Positions 56,110 to 64,000 of a stretch of DNA of 64,000 bases are shown here, in pieces. Positions within the stretch are counted from its first letter, which is position 1. Every line of letters begins with the position of its first letter. Source of the stretch: an uncultured Hyphomicrobiaceae bacterium. GTDB lineage: Bacteria > Pseudomonadota > Alphaproteobacteria > Rhizobiales > CAMYJA01. The stretch lies in NCBI GenBank assembly GCA_947258705.1, contig CAMYJA010000008.1:2441-66440 (forward strand). The letters run 5' to 3'. The notes under the pieces were generated by a model. It searched no databases. It saw only the letters and a list, made by a program, of their open reading frames with translations, and was not told the origin of the DNA. The position numbers and the translations under genes are program-made.

Positions 56110-57380
56110 TGCGCAGCACGCAATGGAACAATCCGAAGCGCCGTGATTTTATTCTTTTGCTTGCGTAGAATTTCAAACCGGAAGCCGTGAAAACTAAACA
56201 CCTGACCGGGTTCCGGAATCGTCTGTGCTTCATGGATAACGAAGCCGGCGATCGTGGTCGCCTCTTCATCGGGCAGTTGCCACTCCATATGGCGGTTGAT
56301 ATCGCGAATGGGAACGGATCCGTCCACATTGATCGTGCCGTCCGGTTGAGGACGGATACCGACATATGGAATATCGTGTTCATCCACGATCTGGCCGACT
56401 ATTTCCTCGATGATGTCCTCCAGGGTGACCAGCCCCTGAACCTCGCCATACTCATCGACAACAAGCGCGAAATGGGCCTTTCGTTTTAAAAAAGCATTGA
56501 GTTGTTCCTGCAGGCTGGTCGTATCGGGCACGTACCATGGTTCCGCCGCCAGTCCCATGATATCGAGATCGGAAATATTCCATTTGACCTTTCCGAGCGC
56601 GCGCAAAAGATCCTTGGCATGTAAAATACCGACAATATTTTCCGGCTCGTCCCGCCATGCGGGCAAACGCGTGAATGGACTGCTCAAAACCTCATCGACA
56701 ATTTTTTCAGGCGTATCGTCGAAATTGACAGTTGTCATGCTCGTTCGGTGAACCATGACGTCGACAACTTCAAGATCCGGCAGATCGAGCACACCGCCAA
56801 GCATGTCCCTGTCATGTTTGATAACAGCACCTTCCCGGTGATGCAGGTCGATCGCCCCCTTGAGTTCACGATGTGCCGATACGGCCCCCTCTCCCTCCAG
56901 GGGCAGATCCGGGGTGCGTTCCAGAATCCGGGTAACAATATACCGCACTGCGTCCGTAAAGGGCGCGAGAACCGTGAAGATCGGCTTGATGAATGGAGCG
57001 ACAATCAGCGATACCCGGTCCGAATTTCTAAGCGCATAGGTCTTGGGCAGGACCTCGGCGAATATGACCACCAGCATTGTCATGGCAATGGTGGCGTAAG
57101 CCACGCCTGCCTGGCCGAAAACCGAAAGAAACAGGCTTGTCGCCAAAGCCGATGCGAGAATATTGACCAGATTGTTGCCGAGAAGAATGGCGCCGATAAG
57201 CCGTTCCGGTGATTTTGAAAGCCGCCCGACAAGTTTTGCCTGTCCGCTGCCCTCACGTTCCAGCGCATGCATCCTGGCGCGCGAATAGGCCGTGAGCGCT
57301 GTCTCGGAACCTGAGAAAAAGGCTGAAAGAACGAGTAATACGAAAATGAAAAAAACAGTGAATGCGAATGCAAATGACAT
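56106..57380 (-). CDS. Hemolysin-family / CNNM (DUF21)-CBS-CorC_HlyC membrane protein (TlyC-like)
   Basis: 424-aa ORF with an N-terminal DUF21 (LLVLSAFFSGSETALTA), a tandem CBS region and a C-terminal CorC/HlyC transporter-associated domain. Confidence 0.85.
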   Translation of the reverse strand: MSFAFAFTVFFIFVLLVLSAFFSGSETALTAYSRARMHALEREGSGQAKLVGRLSKSPERLIGAILLGNNLVNILASALATSLFLSVFGQAGVAYATIAMTMLVVIFAEVLPKTYALRNSDRVSLIVAPFIKPIFTVLAPFTDAVRYIVTRILERTPDLPLEGEGAVSAHRELKGAIDLHHREGAVIKHDRDMLGGVLDLPDLEVVDVMVHRTSMTTVNFDDTPEKIVDEVLSSPFTRLPAWRDEPENIVGILHAKDLLRALGKVKWNISDLDIMGLAAEPWYVPDTTSLQEQLNAFLKRKAHFALVVDEYGEVQGLVTLEDIIEEIVGQIVDEHDIPYVGIRPQPDGTINVDGSVPIRDINRHMEWQLPDEEATTIAGFVIHEAQTIPEPGQVFSFHGFRFEILRKQKNKITALRIVPLRAAH

Positions 57381-57389
57381 GGAGTGAAT

Positions 57390-58556
57390 TCAGCCCTTTA
57401 ACGCAGTTTCGATCTGACCACGGATGAATGAAGCCAGAGCGTCCTGAGAAATATCACGGGTGAGAAATGCGTCCCCAAGTCCGTGAGCCAGGACCAGGGT
57501 GATCTGTCCGCGTTGCACCTTCTTGTCTTGCGCGATGTGCCGAAGAAGCGTCTCCAGATCCGGCAGCTCGTCCCCTGGAATGCCGGCGAGCCGTGTCGGC
57601 AGGCCTGCCGACTTAAGATGCTTTTCAATCCTCCTGGCCGCACCCTCGGGGCAAAGACCCAGCTCTTCCGAAAAAAAATAGGCCATGACCATTCCTATCG
57701 AAACACCCTCGCCGTGCAAAAGCCGATCACTATAACCCGCCCAGGCTTCAAGCGCATGCCCGAAAGTGTGGCCGAGATTCAGCAAGGCGCGTTTTCCCGC
57801 TTCGCGCTCGTCGGCTGCGACGATGCGGGCCTTTGCCTTACAGCTTGTCGCAATCGCATGCATCCGTGCGGAGAGGTCGCCATCCATGATTGCCGACCGG
57901 TTGTCTTCCAGCCAGCCGTAAAAATCCGGTGCGTCGATCAGGCCGTATTTCACAACTTCGGCATAGCCTGCACTGAATTGTCTTTGCGGCAATGTGCGCA
58001 GAACATCTAGATCGGCCAGCACCAGGGACGGCTGGGAAAATGTGCCTATGAGATTTTTCCCATGCACCGTATTGATCCCGGTTTTTCCGCCAACGGACGA
58101 GTCGACCTGAGCAAGCAGTGTCGTCGGTATCTGAACCATCCTCACGCCGCGCCTTAAAATGCTCGCGGCAAATCCCGCCAGGTCGCCGATAACGCCGCCA
58201 CCCAGGGCAATGACGATATCGCCCCGCTCAATACCCAGAGCGAGAAGGTCGTTGCAAACCTCTTCGAGCACGGGAAAGGATTTGGAACTTTCGCCGGCCG
58301 GCACCGTGACGGAACCGGCAAACATGCCGGCTTCTTTGAGAGTGCTCTCCACTTTGGACAGATAGAGCGGGCCGACATTCTCGTCCGTGACGATTGCGCA
58401 TTGAGCGAAGCCGACCCTGTCTTTGATAAGTTCAGCGCATTTGCCCAAAAGGCCGCACCCGATCATAATATCGTAGCTGCGATCGCCAAGTTCGACAGAA
58501 ACTGTTTTCGGAGCGATTTCGATTTGCCCGATTTCATTCATGAAAGAAATATCCAA
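57390..58556 (-). CDS. aroB: 3-dehydroquinate synthase
   Basis: ALGGGVIGDLAGFAASILRRGVRMVQIPTTLLAQVDSSVGGKTGIN and LNLGHTFGHALE are AroB hallmarks. It lies downstream of aroK. Confidence 0.9.
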   Translation of the reverse strand: MDISFMNEIGQIEIAPKTVSVELGDRSYDIMIGCGLLGKCAELIKDRVGFAQCAIVTDENVGPLYLSKVESTLKEAGMFAGSVTVPAGESSKSFPVLEEVCNDLLALGIERGDIVIALGGGVIGDLAGFAASILRRGVRMVQIPTTLLAQVDSSVGGKTGINTVHGKNLIGTFSQPSLVLADLDVLRTLPQRQFSAGYAEVVKYGLIDAPDFYGWLEDNRSAIMDGDLSARMHAIATSCKAKARIVAADEREAGKRALLNLGHTFGHALEAWAGYSDRLLHGEGVSIGMVMAYFFSEELGLCPEGAARRIEKHLKSAGLPTRLAGIPGDELPDLETLLRHIAQDKKVQRGQITLVLAHGLGDAFLTRDISQDALASFIRGQIETALKG

Positions 58557-58568
58557 AGATAATTTTAC

Positions 58569-59189
58569 CTAAGACCCCGCCGCCGACTGGATCGGTTCGG
58601 ACCTTTCGCCAAGTGCCTTTATGATCTCATCAACGATGACCTGATGGGGAACGTCTCTGCTTTGAACCGTGATATCAGCTTCGCTGTAGACCGGATAGCG
58701 CTCGTCGAGCAGAGATTTCATCACAGCCTCCGGATCGTCGGTCTGCAGAAGAGGGCGTGTGTTCCGCCGCATGACCCGTCGCATCAATACATCCAAATCC
58801 GCCTTCAGCCATACCGAAATACCGGTCTCCTTGATCAGCTTTCTTGTTTTTTCGTCCATAAAAGCTCCGCCGCCGGTCGCCAATATTTGCGCCCCTTTCC
58901 CCAAAAGTCGTCTGATAACCCGACGTTCACCCTTGCGGAAATATTCCTGACCATGCTTGTCGAAAATTTCCGTTACGCTCATTCCTGCGGCTTTTTCAAT
59001 TTCGTTATCGGCATCGGCAAATTCCAGACCGAGGTCATGCGCCAGAACACGACCTACCGATGTCTTTCCAGCACCCATCAAGCCAATGAGTACGACCGGG
59101 CGGCCTGCGATCCTGGCCAGTGCGGTCTTCGCTTTCTGATCGAGGTCACCCGCTTTTTTTTGCCGCCGAAAACCAAATGACAATGCCAT
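58569..59189 (-). CDS. aroK: Shikimate kinase
   Basis: Walker A LIGLMGAGKTSVGR, plus DADNEIEK and ATGGGAF motifs, in the canonical aroK-aroB order. Confidence 0.9.
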   Translation of the reverse strand: MALSFGFRRQKKAGDLDQKAKTALARIAGRPVVLIGLMGAGKTSVGRVLAHDLGLEFADADNEIEKAAGMSVTEIFDKHGQEYFRKGERRVIRRLLGKGAQILATGGGAFMDEKTRKLIKETGISVWLKADLDVLMRRVMRRNTRPLLQTDDPEAVMKSLLDERYPVYSEADITVQSRDVPHQVIVDEIIKALGERSEPIQSAAGS

Positions 59190-59507
59190 GAACTTGGTAG
59201 GTCCTGTTTCCCGCTCGTTCCCGCACCTGGATACCGGCTTTCAGAATCCCTCATTTTCAGCAGGGACAATGAATGCAGGCAAACGCAATGATATTATGAG
59301 ATCTGCATCCTGCACAATAGGTCGTTTCTGATCATACGGGGCTTGATCGAATTACAATATGTTTTATGAAGGCTTGCGTCCAAGAAAATTATCTGCGGTC
59401 CGGGGGCAATAATGGATCTGCAAACGTTTTCCGGGTGACATTGGGTGTTCGAGGGTCATAATAACACCAATTTCGAATCAGAAAAGTAAGTTCAAACAGG
59501 TAAAAAG

Positions 59508-59654
59508 ATGCCGAGCCTCGTTCGTTTCCTTGTGATTGCTGGAGTACTCATCGGCATTGTTTATGCAACCTTCTATACGCTAGCCGTCTTTTTTGAGCCG
59601 GAACCAAAAGAAGTCACTAAACAGATCTATGGCATCGAACTCCAACAGCCGTGA
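59508..59654 (+). CDS. Small (48-aa) single-TM membrane protein
   Basis: Below the size cutoff of the ORF track. ATG at 59508 to TGA at 59652-59654 reads MPSLVRFLVIAGVLIGIVYATFYTLAVFFEPEPKEVTKQIYGIELQQP. It ends 10 nt before the next gene's ATG. Confidence 0.5.
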   Translation: MPSLVRFLVIAGVLIGIVYATFYTLAVFFEPEPKEVTKQIYGIELQQP

Positions 59655-59664
59655 AAATAGCATC

Positions 59665-61530
59665 ATGCCGGCCGGCGCCGCGCATTTTGTCATCTGTCTT
59701 GGTTTCATAATCATGCTCTCTCCTGTTTTACCGAGTTCAACCGTTGCCGCGCAGACCGCAAGACCCGCAGACCAGGCCAGACCGGTCCTCGATCTTGATC
59801 CCGAAAGACCGCTCCTGACCCTTGAAAGGCGGTCATCGGATCGCGCAAGGAAGAAAGCCGACACCGGCGCTGTCCAAAAACCAATCCCCCCATCAAACCC
59901 TCGAAGCGATCCCGGTCCGCGCCGTTACAGCACAAATCCCACGGATGTCGAACAGACGGACCTCGCCCCCGTAACGGATCAGGAGGGGACGGGTCTGCCC
60001 GTCGGCGTCTGGCAGGGTATGGATGCCGGATCGCTCGAAAACCTGTTTGCAAAAATTGATCTGCCGCCGCGCTCCCCGGTATTGAACGATTTATGGACGC
60101 GCTTCCTTCTGTCGAGAGACAGCTTCGGGCAAAACCCCCAGGATCCCAGATTTGAAGTGCTGAAACTGGAAGCGCTCTTCAGAAGTGGACGCTTTGAAGA
60201 AATCGTGAAAGTCGCTGATGTTAGGCGCGCAGCTGCTCCGCTCTCCCCGATGCTTGTCGTCATTCATGCCAAGGCCCTGCTTGGACTGGTACGCATCGAC
60301 GAAGCCTGTAATCTCCTCAAGAGCACCGCAGCAGCCAATAAGGAAATGCCAAAAAGTCTCAAGCTGCAGTCCGTGAAAATGAGTATATTTTGCCGCGCGG
60401 CTAAGGGGGACTATGCAGCGGCTAATCTTTTTATGGATCTCGCTCGCGATCAGGGGCTGGACACGCCTTTTGCATTCGACGCCGTGGTTGCGCTCGAAGC
60501 GGGGCGGCGCGCACCGAGGCCGCCATCAACAAAACTGGATTTAATCGACTACAGGTTTTTAATGCTGTTCAAAAGGCCGCTTGACGGCAAATTGATCCGG
60601 CATGCATCGGCACCCGTATTGAGCGCAATCCTGTTTGATAAAAACCTCACCCTGGAAAATCGGTTAGCGGTCGCCGAACGTGCGTTCAAACTCAATATCA
60701 TAAGCGCCCGGCGCCTTGCCGCGGTTTACGGTGCGGTTCGGTTTGCACCGGGCGATCTCAACAATCCCCTGGCTGCCGTCTCAAAATACCGAAATCGCCC
60801 CGAGAGCAGAGCGTTGCTCTATCGTGCCCTTGAAAACACCCGTGATCCGGTGCGCGCTGCGAAACTCGCTCGCGCCCTTATGGCCAGCTCGAAAAGCGCA
60901 GGCCTATATCTCCACATGCCGTTCCTGCTTGGCTCCTATATCGACCAAATGCCGCAAACCGCTGCCTTGGCCTGGTTCGCGGAAACTGCCGTCGAAATTT
61001 CCCTGGCATCGGGCAATTACGAAAAATCCCTGAGTTGGGCCGTATTCGGGAGTGCCGATAATGCCGGACAGCCGCGCAAACTTCTCAACTGGCTGACTTT
61101 GATCGATATTGGCGCCCCCGCCAACACGGTGCCGCGTGGCGCCGGCTTATCGACCACCGAAGAGTCAGCGCTCGCCGGTCAATTCAGCCCCGATACACTG
61201 CACCGCCTGGTCACGATACTCGATGCATTGAAATATGACGTGCCGGTAAGGCTCTGGAACAGGGCGTCGAATTCGCCTCAGCCCAGCTCCGGCCATCTGC
61301 CGGAAACCGGATTGCTTTCGAAACTTCAAATCGCCGCGGATCAGCAGAAATACGGCCAGGTTATCCTCTATTCGATAATCGCGCTGGGCAAGGATGGCCC
61401 GCCCGATGCACACATTATCGCGTTGGGCGATACACTGCGGGCCATGACGGCGAGCGGTTTGAAGAGTGAAGCGCGTCGCGTGGCTCTCGAAGCCCTCTAT
61501 TCGGTCTGGCCGCGCCACGCGAGTTACTAG
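59665..61530 (+). CDS. Conserved-looking secreted hypothetical protein (helical-repeat-like)
   Basis: The track ORF is 59593..61530. The preferred start is the ATG at 59665 (MPAGAAHFVICLGFIIMLSPVLPSSTVAAQ, a signal peptide). It sits between aroK and xerD. I recognise no family. Confidence 0.6.
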   Translation: MPAGAAHFVICLGFIIMLSPVLPSSTVAAQTARPADQARPVLDLDPERPLLTLERRSSDRARKKADTGAVQKPIPPSNPRSDPGPRRYSTNPTDVEQTDLAPVTDQEGTGLPVGVWQGMDAGSLENLFAKIDLPPRSPVLNDLWTRFLLSRDSFGQNPQDPRFEVLKLEALFRSGRFEEIVKVADVRRAAAPLSPMLVVIHAKALLGLVRIDEACNLLKSTAAANKEMPKSLKLQSVKMSIFCRAAKGDYAAANLFMDLARDQGLDTPFAFDAVVALEAGRRAPRPPSTKLDLIDYRFLMLFKRPLDGKLIRHASAPVLSAILFDKNLTLENRLAVAERAFKLNIISARRLAAVYGAVRFAPGDLNNPLAAVSKYRNRPESRALLYRALENTRDPVRAAKLARALMASSKSAGLYLHMPFLLGSYIDQMPQTAALAWFAETAVEISLASGNYEKSLSWAVFGSADNAGQPRKLLNWLTLIDIGAPANTVPRGAGLSTTEESALAGQFSPDTLHRLVTILDALKYDVPVRLWNRASNSPQPSSGHLPETGLLSKLQIAADQQKYGQVILYSIIALGKDGPPDAHIIALGDTLRAMTASGLKSEARRVALEALYSVWPRHASY

Positions 61531-61597
61531 CCGGTTCTGTATCCGGGCGTTTGTCATTCGTATCAAAATTTCAACGAGCACAACATCGGTCGAGGCG

Positions 61598-62563
61598 ATG
61601 AACGAGAAGCATTTAAAATACTTGATCCTTTTTCTGGAGATGCTGAGCGCCGAACGCGGTGCGGCACAAAACACGCTCGATTCCTATCAGCGCGATCTCA
61701 ATGGATTTATCTCTTATTGCGAGAAAAACGGGATCGGGCTGACGGATGTGACGAAGGAGGACCTGGGAAATTATATTCAGGAGCTTTCAAGGCAGGGTTT
61801 GGCGAAGTCCACGCGCTCAAGATGCATCTCGGCGCTTCGTCAATTTTATCGGTTTCTTCATGCGGAAGGCATCATTGATGAGGATCCGGCACGGTCCTTG
61901 CGCGGTCCGCAAAAAGATCGCGCACTCCCGAAAACCCTGTCCATTGCCGAAGTTGAGAAATTGCTCGAGACCGCACGGGGCCGCCTTGACGCAAGTATGA
62001 ATGGCGGAGGAGATGTTGTCAGGTTGAAAGCCGCAAGGTTGAACTGCCTGCTCGAACTTCTTTATGCCACGGGCCTGCGTGTTACGGAACTTGTTGCCAT
62101 GCCGCGCGACACGTTGAAGGGCGATGGTCATACATTGATGATTACCGGCAAGGGAGGGCGCCAGCGTCTGGTCCCACTGAACGCACCGGCCCGCCAGGCC
62201 ATCGACCTTTATCTTGAGGCGGAATCAGCCTGCTTCGCAACGGTGTCGTACCGATCTCCCTGGCTCTTTCCCTCGCCCAGTCGCAACGGACACCTGACCC
62301 GGCAACGCCTGGCCCAGGAGTTGAAGCAACTCGCTGAAGAAGCCAATATCAATCCGGGGAAGGTTTCACCCCATGTCCTGCGCCATGCATTTGCGAGCCA
62401 TCTCCTCGATCGCGGCGCCGATTTGCGGTCCGTACAGCAACTGCTCGGCCACGCGGACATCACCACGACGCAGATTTACACACACGTTCTTGAGGAGCGT
62501 TTGAAACGGCTGGTCAATGACCATCATCCACTGGCTGACGGTTCAAATGATACGTCCGGTTAA
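61598..62563 (+). CDS. xerD: Tyrosine site-specific recombinase XerD
   Basis: Start at the ATG at 61598 (MNEKHLKYLILFLEMLSAERGAAQNTLDSYQRDL). The catalytic region includes ATGLRVTELV, HVLRHAFASHLL and LLGHADITTTQIYTHV. The XerD assignment (rather than XerC) rests on context next to accA and aroKB. Confidence 0.8.
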   Translation: MNEKHLKYLILFLEMLSAERGAAQNTLDSYQRDLNGFISYCEKNGIGLTDVTKEDLGNYIQELSRQGLAKSTRSRCISALRQFYRFLHAEGIIDEDPARSLRGPQKDRALPKTLSIAEVEKLLETARGRLDASMNGGGDVVRLKAARLNCLLELLYATGLRVTELVAMPRDTLKGDGHTLMITGKGGRQRLVPLNAPARQAIDLYLEAESACFATVSYRSPWLFPSPSRNGHLTRQRLAQELKQLAEEANINPGKVSPHVLRHAFASHLLDRGADLRSVQQLLGHADITTTQIYTHVLEERLKRLVNDHHPLADGSNDTSG

Positions 62564-62696
62564 ATCTGGAGACAATTGTTTGCAGGCCGGCCAAACCGCC
62601 GCACGGGCGATAAACTTAACCGCCTTGACACATTTCACCATCCACGCGAATGTGCCGCAAATCCCCCATGCCAACGAGAGTTAGCCTGTCATACAC

Positions 62697-63650
62697 ATGC
62701 GTACATATCTAGATTTTGAAAAACCGGTCGCCGAGCTGGAGAGCAAGGTCGCCGAGCTTCGATACATTCAGGACAGCGATGACGAAGTATCGGTTCTGGA
62801 AGAGATTGAGCGGCTTGAGGAAAAGGCGCTTAAAACTCTTCAGGAAACCTATGAAAGTCTTGAGCCCTGGCAGAAAACCCAGGTTGCGCGACACCCCGAC
62901 CGGCCGCATTTCTCCGATTTTGTCGATGGTCTGATTACCGAATTCACAATCCTTTCCGGCGACCGCATGTTCTCGGAAGACCATGCTCTGATCGGTGGGA
63001 TTGGCCGCTTTCGTGGACGTCCGGTCATGCTTCTCGGTCATGAAAAAGGGCGCACGACCGAAAAACGAATAAAACACAATTTCGGTATGCCGCGGCCGGA
63101 GGGATATAGAAAAGCCGTACGCCTCATGGAAATGGCTGATAAATTTTCCCTGCCCGTAATCACTTTTGTAGATACGGCCGGCGCCTATCCGGGTGTTGGG
63201 GCGGAGGAACGCGGTCAGGCCGAGGCCATAGCCAGATCGACCGACTGCTGTCTGAGCCTGGGGGTTCCCATGATCACTGTGATTACCGGAGAAGGAGGAT
63301 CAGGCGGCGCCATAGCCATCGCGGCCGCCAACAGGGTGCTGATGCTTGAGCATGCGATTTACACCGTGGCCTCTCCGGAAGCTGCCGCATCCATATTGTG
63401 GCACGATTCAGCGCGGGCCATAGATGCCGCGACGAATATGAAAATTACCGCGCCTGACCTTAAGCAATTCGGCATTATCGATGGCATTATTCCCGAACCG
63501 ATCGGTGGTGCCCATCGTGATCCGGACAAAGTGATCGGCCGGACCGGCCGAACGATTGGTGCCGCACTCGCAGATTTCCAAGGTATGGAAGCGGATAAAA
63601 TTCGCGCGCTCCGGCACTCCAAATTCCTTTCAATGGGAAAAGCGCTCTAA
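62697..63650 (+). CDS. accA: Acetyl-CoA carboxylase carboxyltransferase alpha subunit
   Basis: MRTYLDFEKPVAELESKVAELR, FVDTAGAYPGVGAEERGQAEAIA and GEGGSGGALAI-type motifs are canonical for AccA. Confidence 0.95.
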   Translation: MRTYLDFEKPVAELESKVAELRYIQDSDDEVSVLEEIERLEEKALKTLQETYESLEPWQKTQVARHPDRPHFSDFVDGLITEFTILSGDRMFSEDHALIGGIGRFRGRPVMLLGHEKGRTTEKRIKHNFGMPRPEGYRKAVRLMEMADKFSLPVITFVDTAGAYPGVGAEERGQAEAIARSTDCCLSLGVPMITVITGEGGSGGAIAIAAANRVLMLEHAIYTVASPEAAASILWHDSARAIDAATNMKITAPDLKQFGIIDGIIPEPIGGAHRDPDKVIGRTGRTIGAALADFQGMEADKIRALRHSKFLSMGKAL

Positions 63651-63889
63651 GTCCGGGAAGCCGGTTAATCAATTGATTTTGAGTGACTTTTGTCAAATTT
63701 CCGCCTCGATATGCAGTTAGTTTTCCACTATTGGGCCATATGAATGCGATCAGTGGTCCGGGTTATTTCTGACGAACGGACTCTATGCCTATAATTTGGA
63801 ATTGATTCGTGATCGGTTTCTGAATTAACCTGATTTTAACTAGGGGTATTGGATCTTGGGTGCAGTGCGCCAAGGGGCACTTCAAGCGT

Positions 63890-64000
63890 ATGTATCAAAT
63901 ATTATCCAATAGGATGAGCTGGCAATTGTATCGCGTAAGCCTGATAGCCGTAATCACGGCCTTTCTCTCCGCATGCGGGGGTGAAATACCTCCTCACATG
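63890..64000 (+). CDS. Putative lipoprotein, 5' fragment (continues past the right edge)
   Basis: ATG at 63890 (or in-frame ATG at 63914) reads ...MSWQLYRVSLIAVITAFLSACGGEIPPH, with lipobox LSAC. It is open to the end of the window. Confidence 0.4.
   Translation, partial: MYQILSNRMSWQLYRVSLIAVITAFLSACGGEIPPHM

Noticed and set aside
63859-63867. gggtgcagt, identical to the first 9 nt of the repeat-unit palindrome, occurs upstream of the last ORF
   Set aside because: A single 9-mer recurrence is roughly what chance predicts in 64 kb on two strands, and the palindrome partner is not present.

Overview
This is a 64-kb chromosomal segment. Its gene content and synteny look alphaproteobacterial, of the Rhizobiales/Hyphomicrobiales type; that is my inference from the order carD-fdxA-S4-helicase, rpmB, cobT-cobS-Jdomain-bolA, aroB-aroK, xerD-accA. 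I saw no rRNA, IS element, integrase, prophage, CRISPR array or cas genes. Layout: (1) 1-4.0 kb is the end of a surface-polysaccharide locus, with an edge ORF missing from the supplied track, an ATP-grasp ligase and a Wzx-type flippase. (2) 4-10.3 kb holds orphan membrane ORFs, an ATGA-coupled small-membrane/TPR pair, a Na+/solute symporter, an HTH+PBP-like regulator and a secreted SPOR-like protein. (3) 10.4-15.6 kb is a TonB-dependent receptor plus BtuFCD-type ABC importer behind a clear cobalamin riboswitch. (4) 17.2-26.9 kb carries a yhiI-rbbA-yhhJ-type ABC-2 exporter followed by an RND pair. (5) 28.5-41.1 kb is a metabolic block: tctCBA, a GntR regulator, an AAE3/Pcs60-like oxalyl-CoA synthetase translationally coupled to a PanE-family reductase, then a full IclR + bhcABCD-type beta-hydroxyaspartate-cycle cluster. 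(6) tRNA-Arg(CCT) sits at 41254-41330, followed by a decayed molybdoenzyme-maturation remnant (an FdhD-MobB chimeric ORF) and an acidic protein/SNase-nuclease pair. (7) 43.8-64 kb is housekeeping backbone. My lead candidate for something not yet described is the physical joining of an oxalate-activation/reduction module and its own TTT transporter to the beta-hydroxyaspartate cycle. Together they would give an oxalate -> glyoxylate -> oxaloacetate route. A triple 27-bp palindromic repeat sits right in front of the first gene of the block. All functional calls rest on motif and family recognition by eye; no database search was run.
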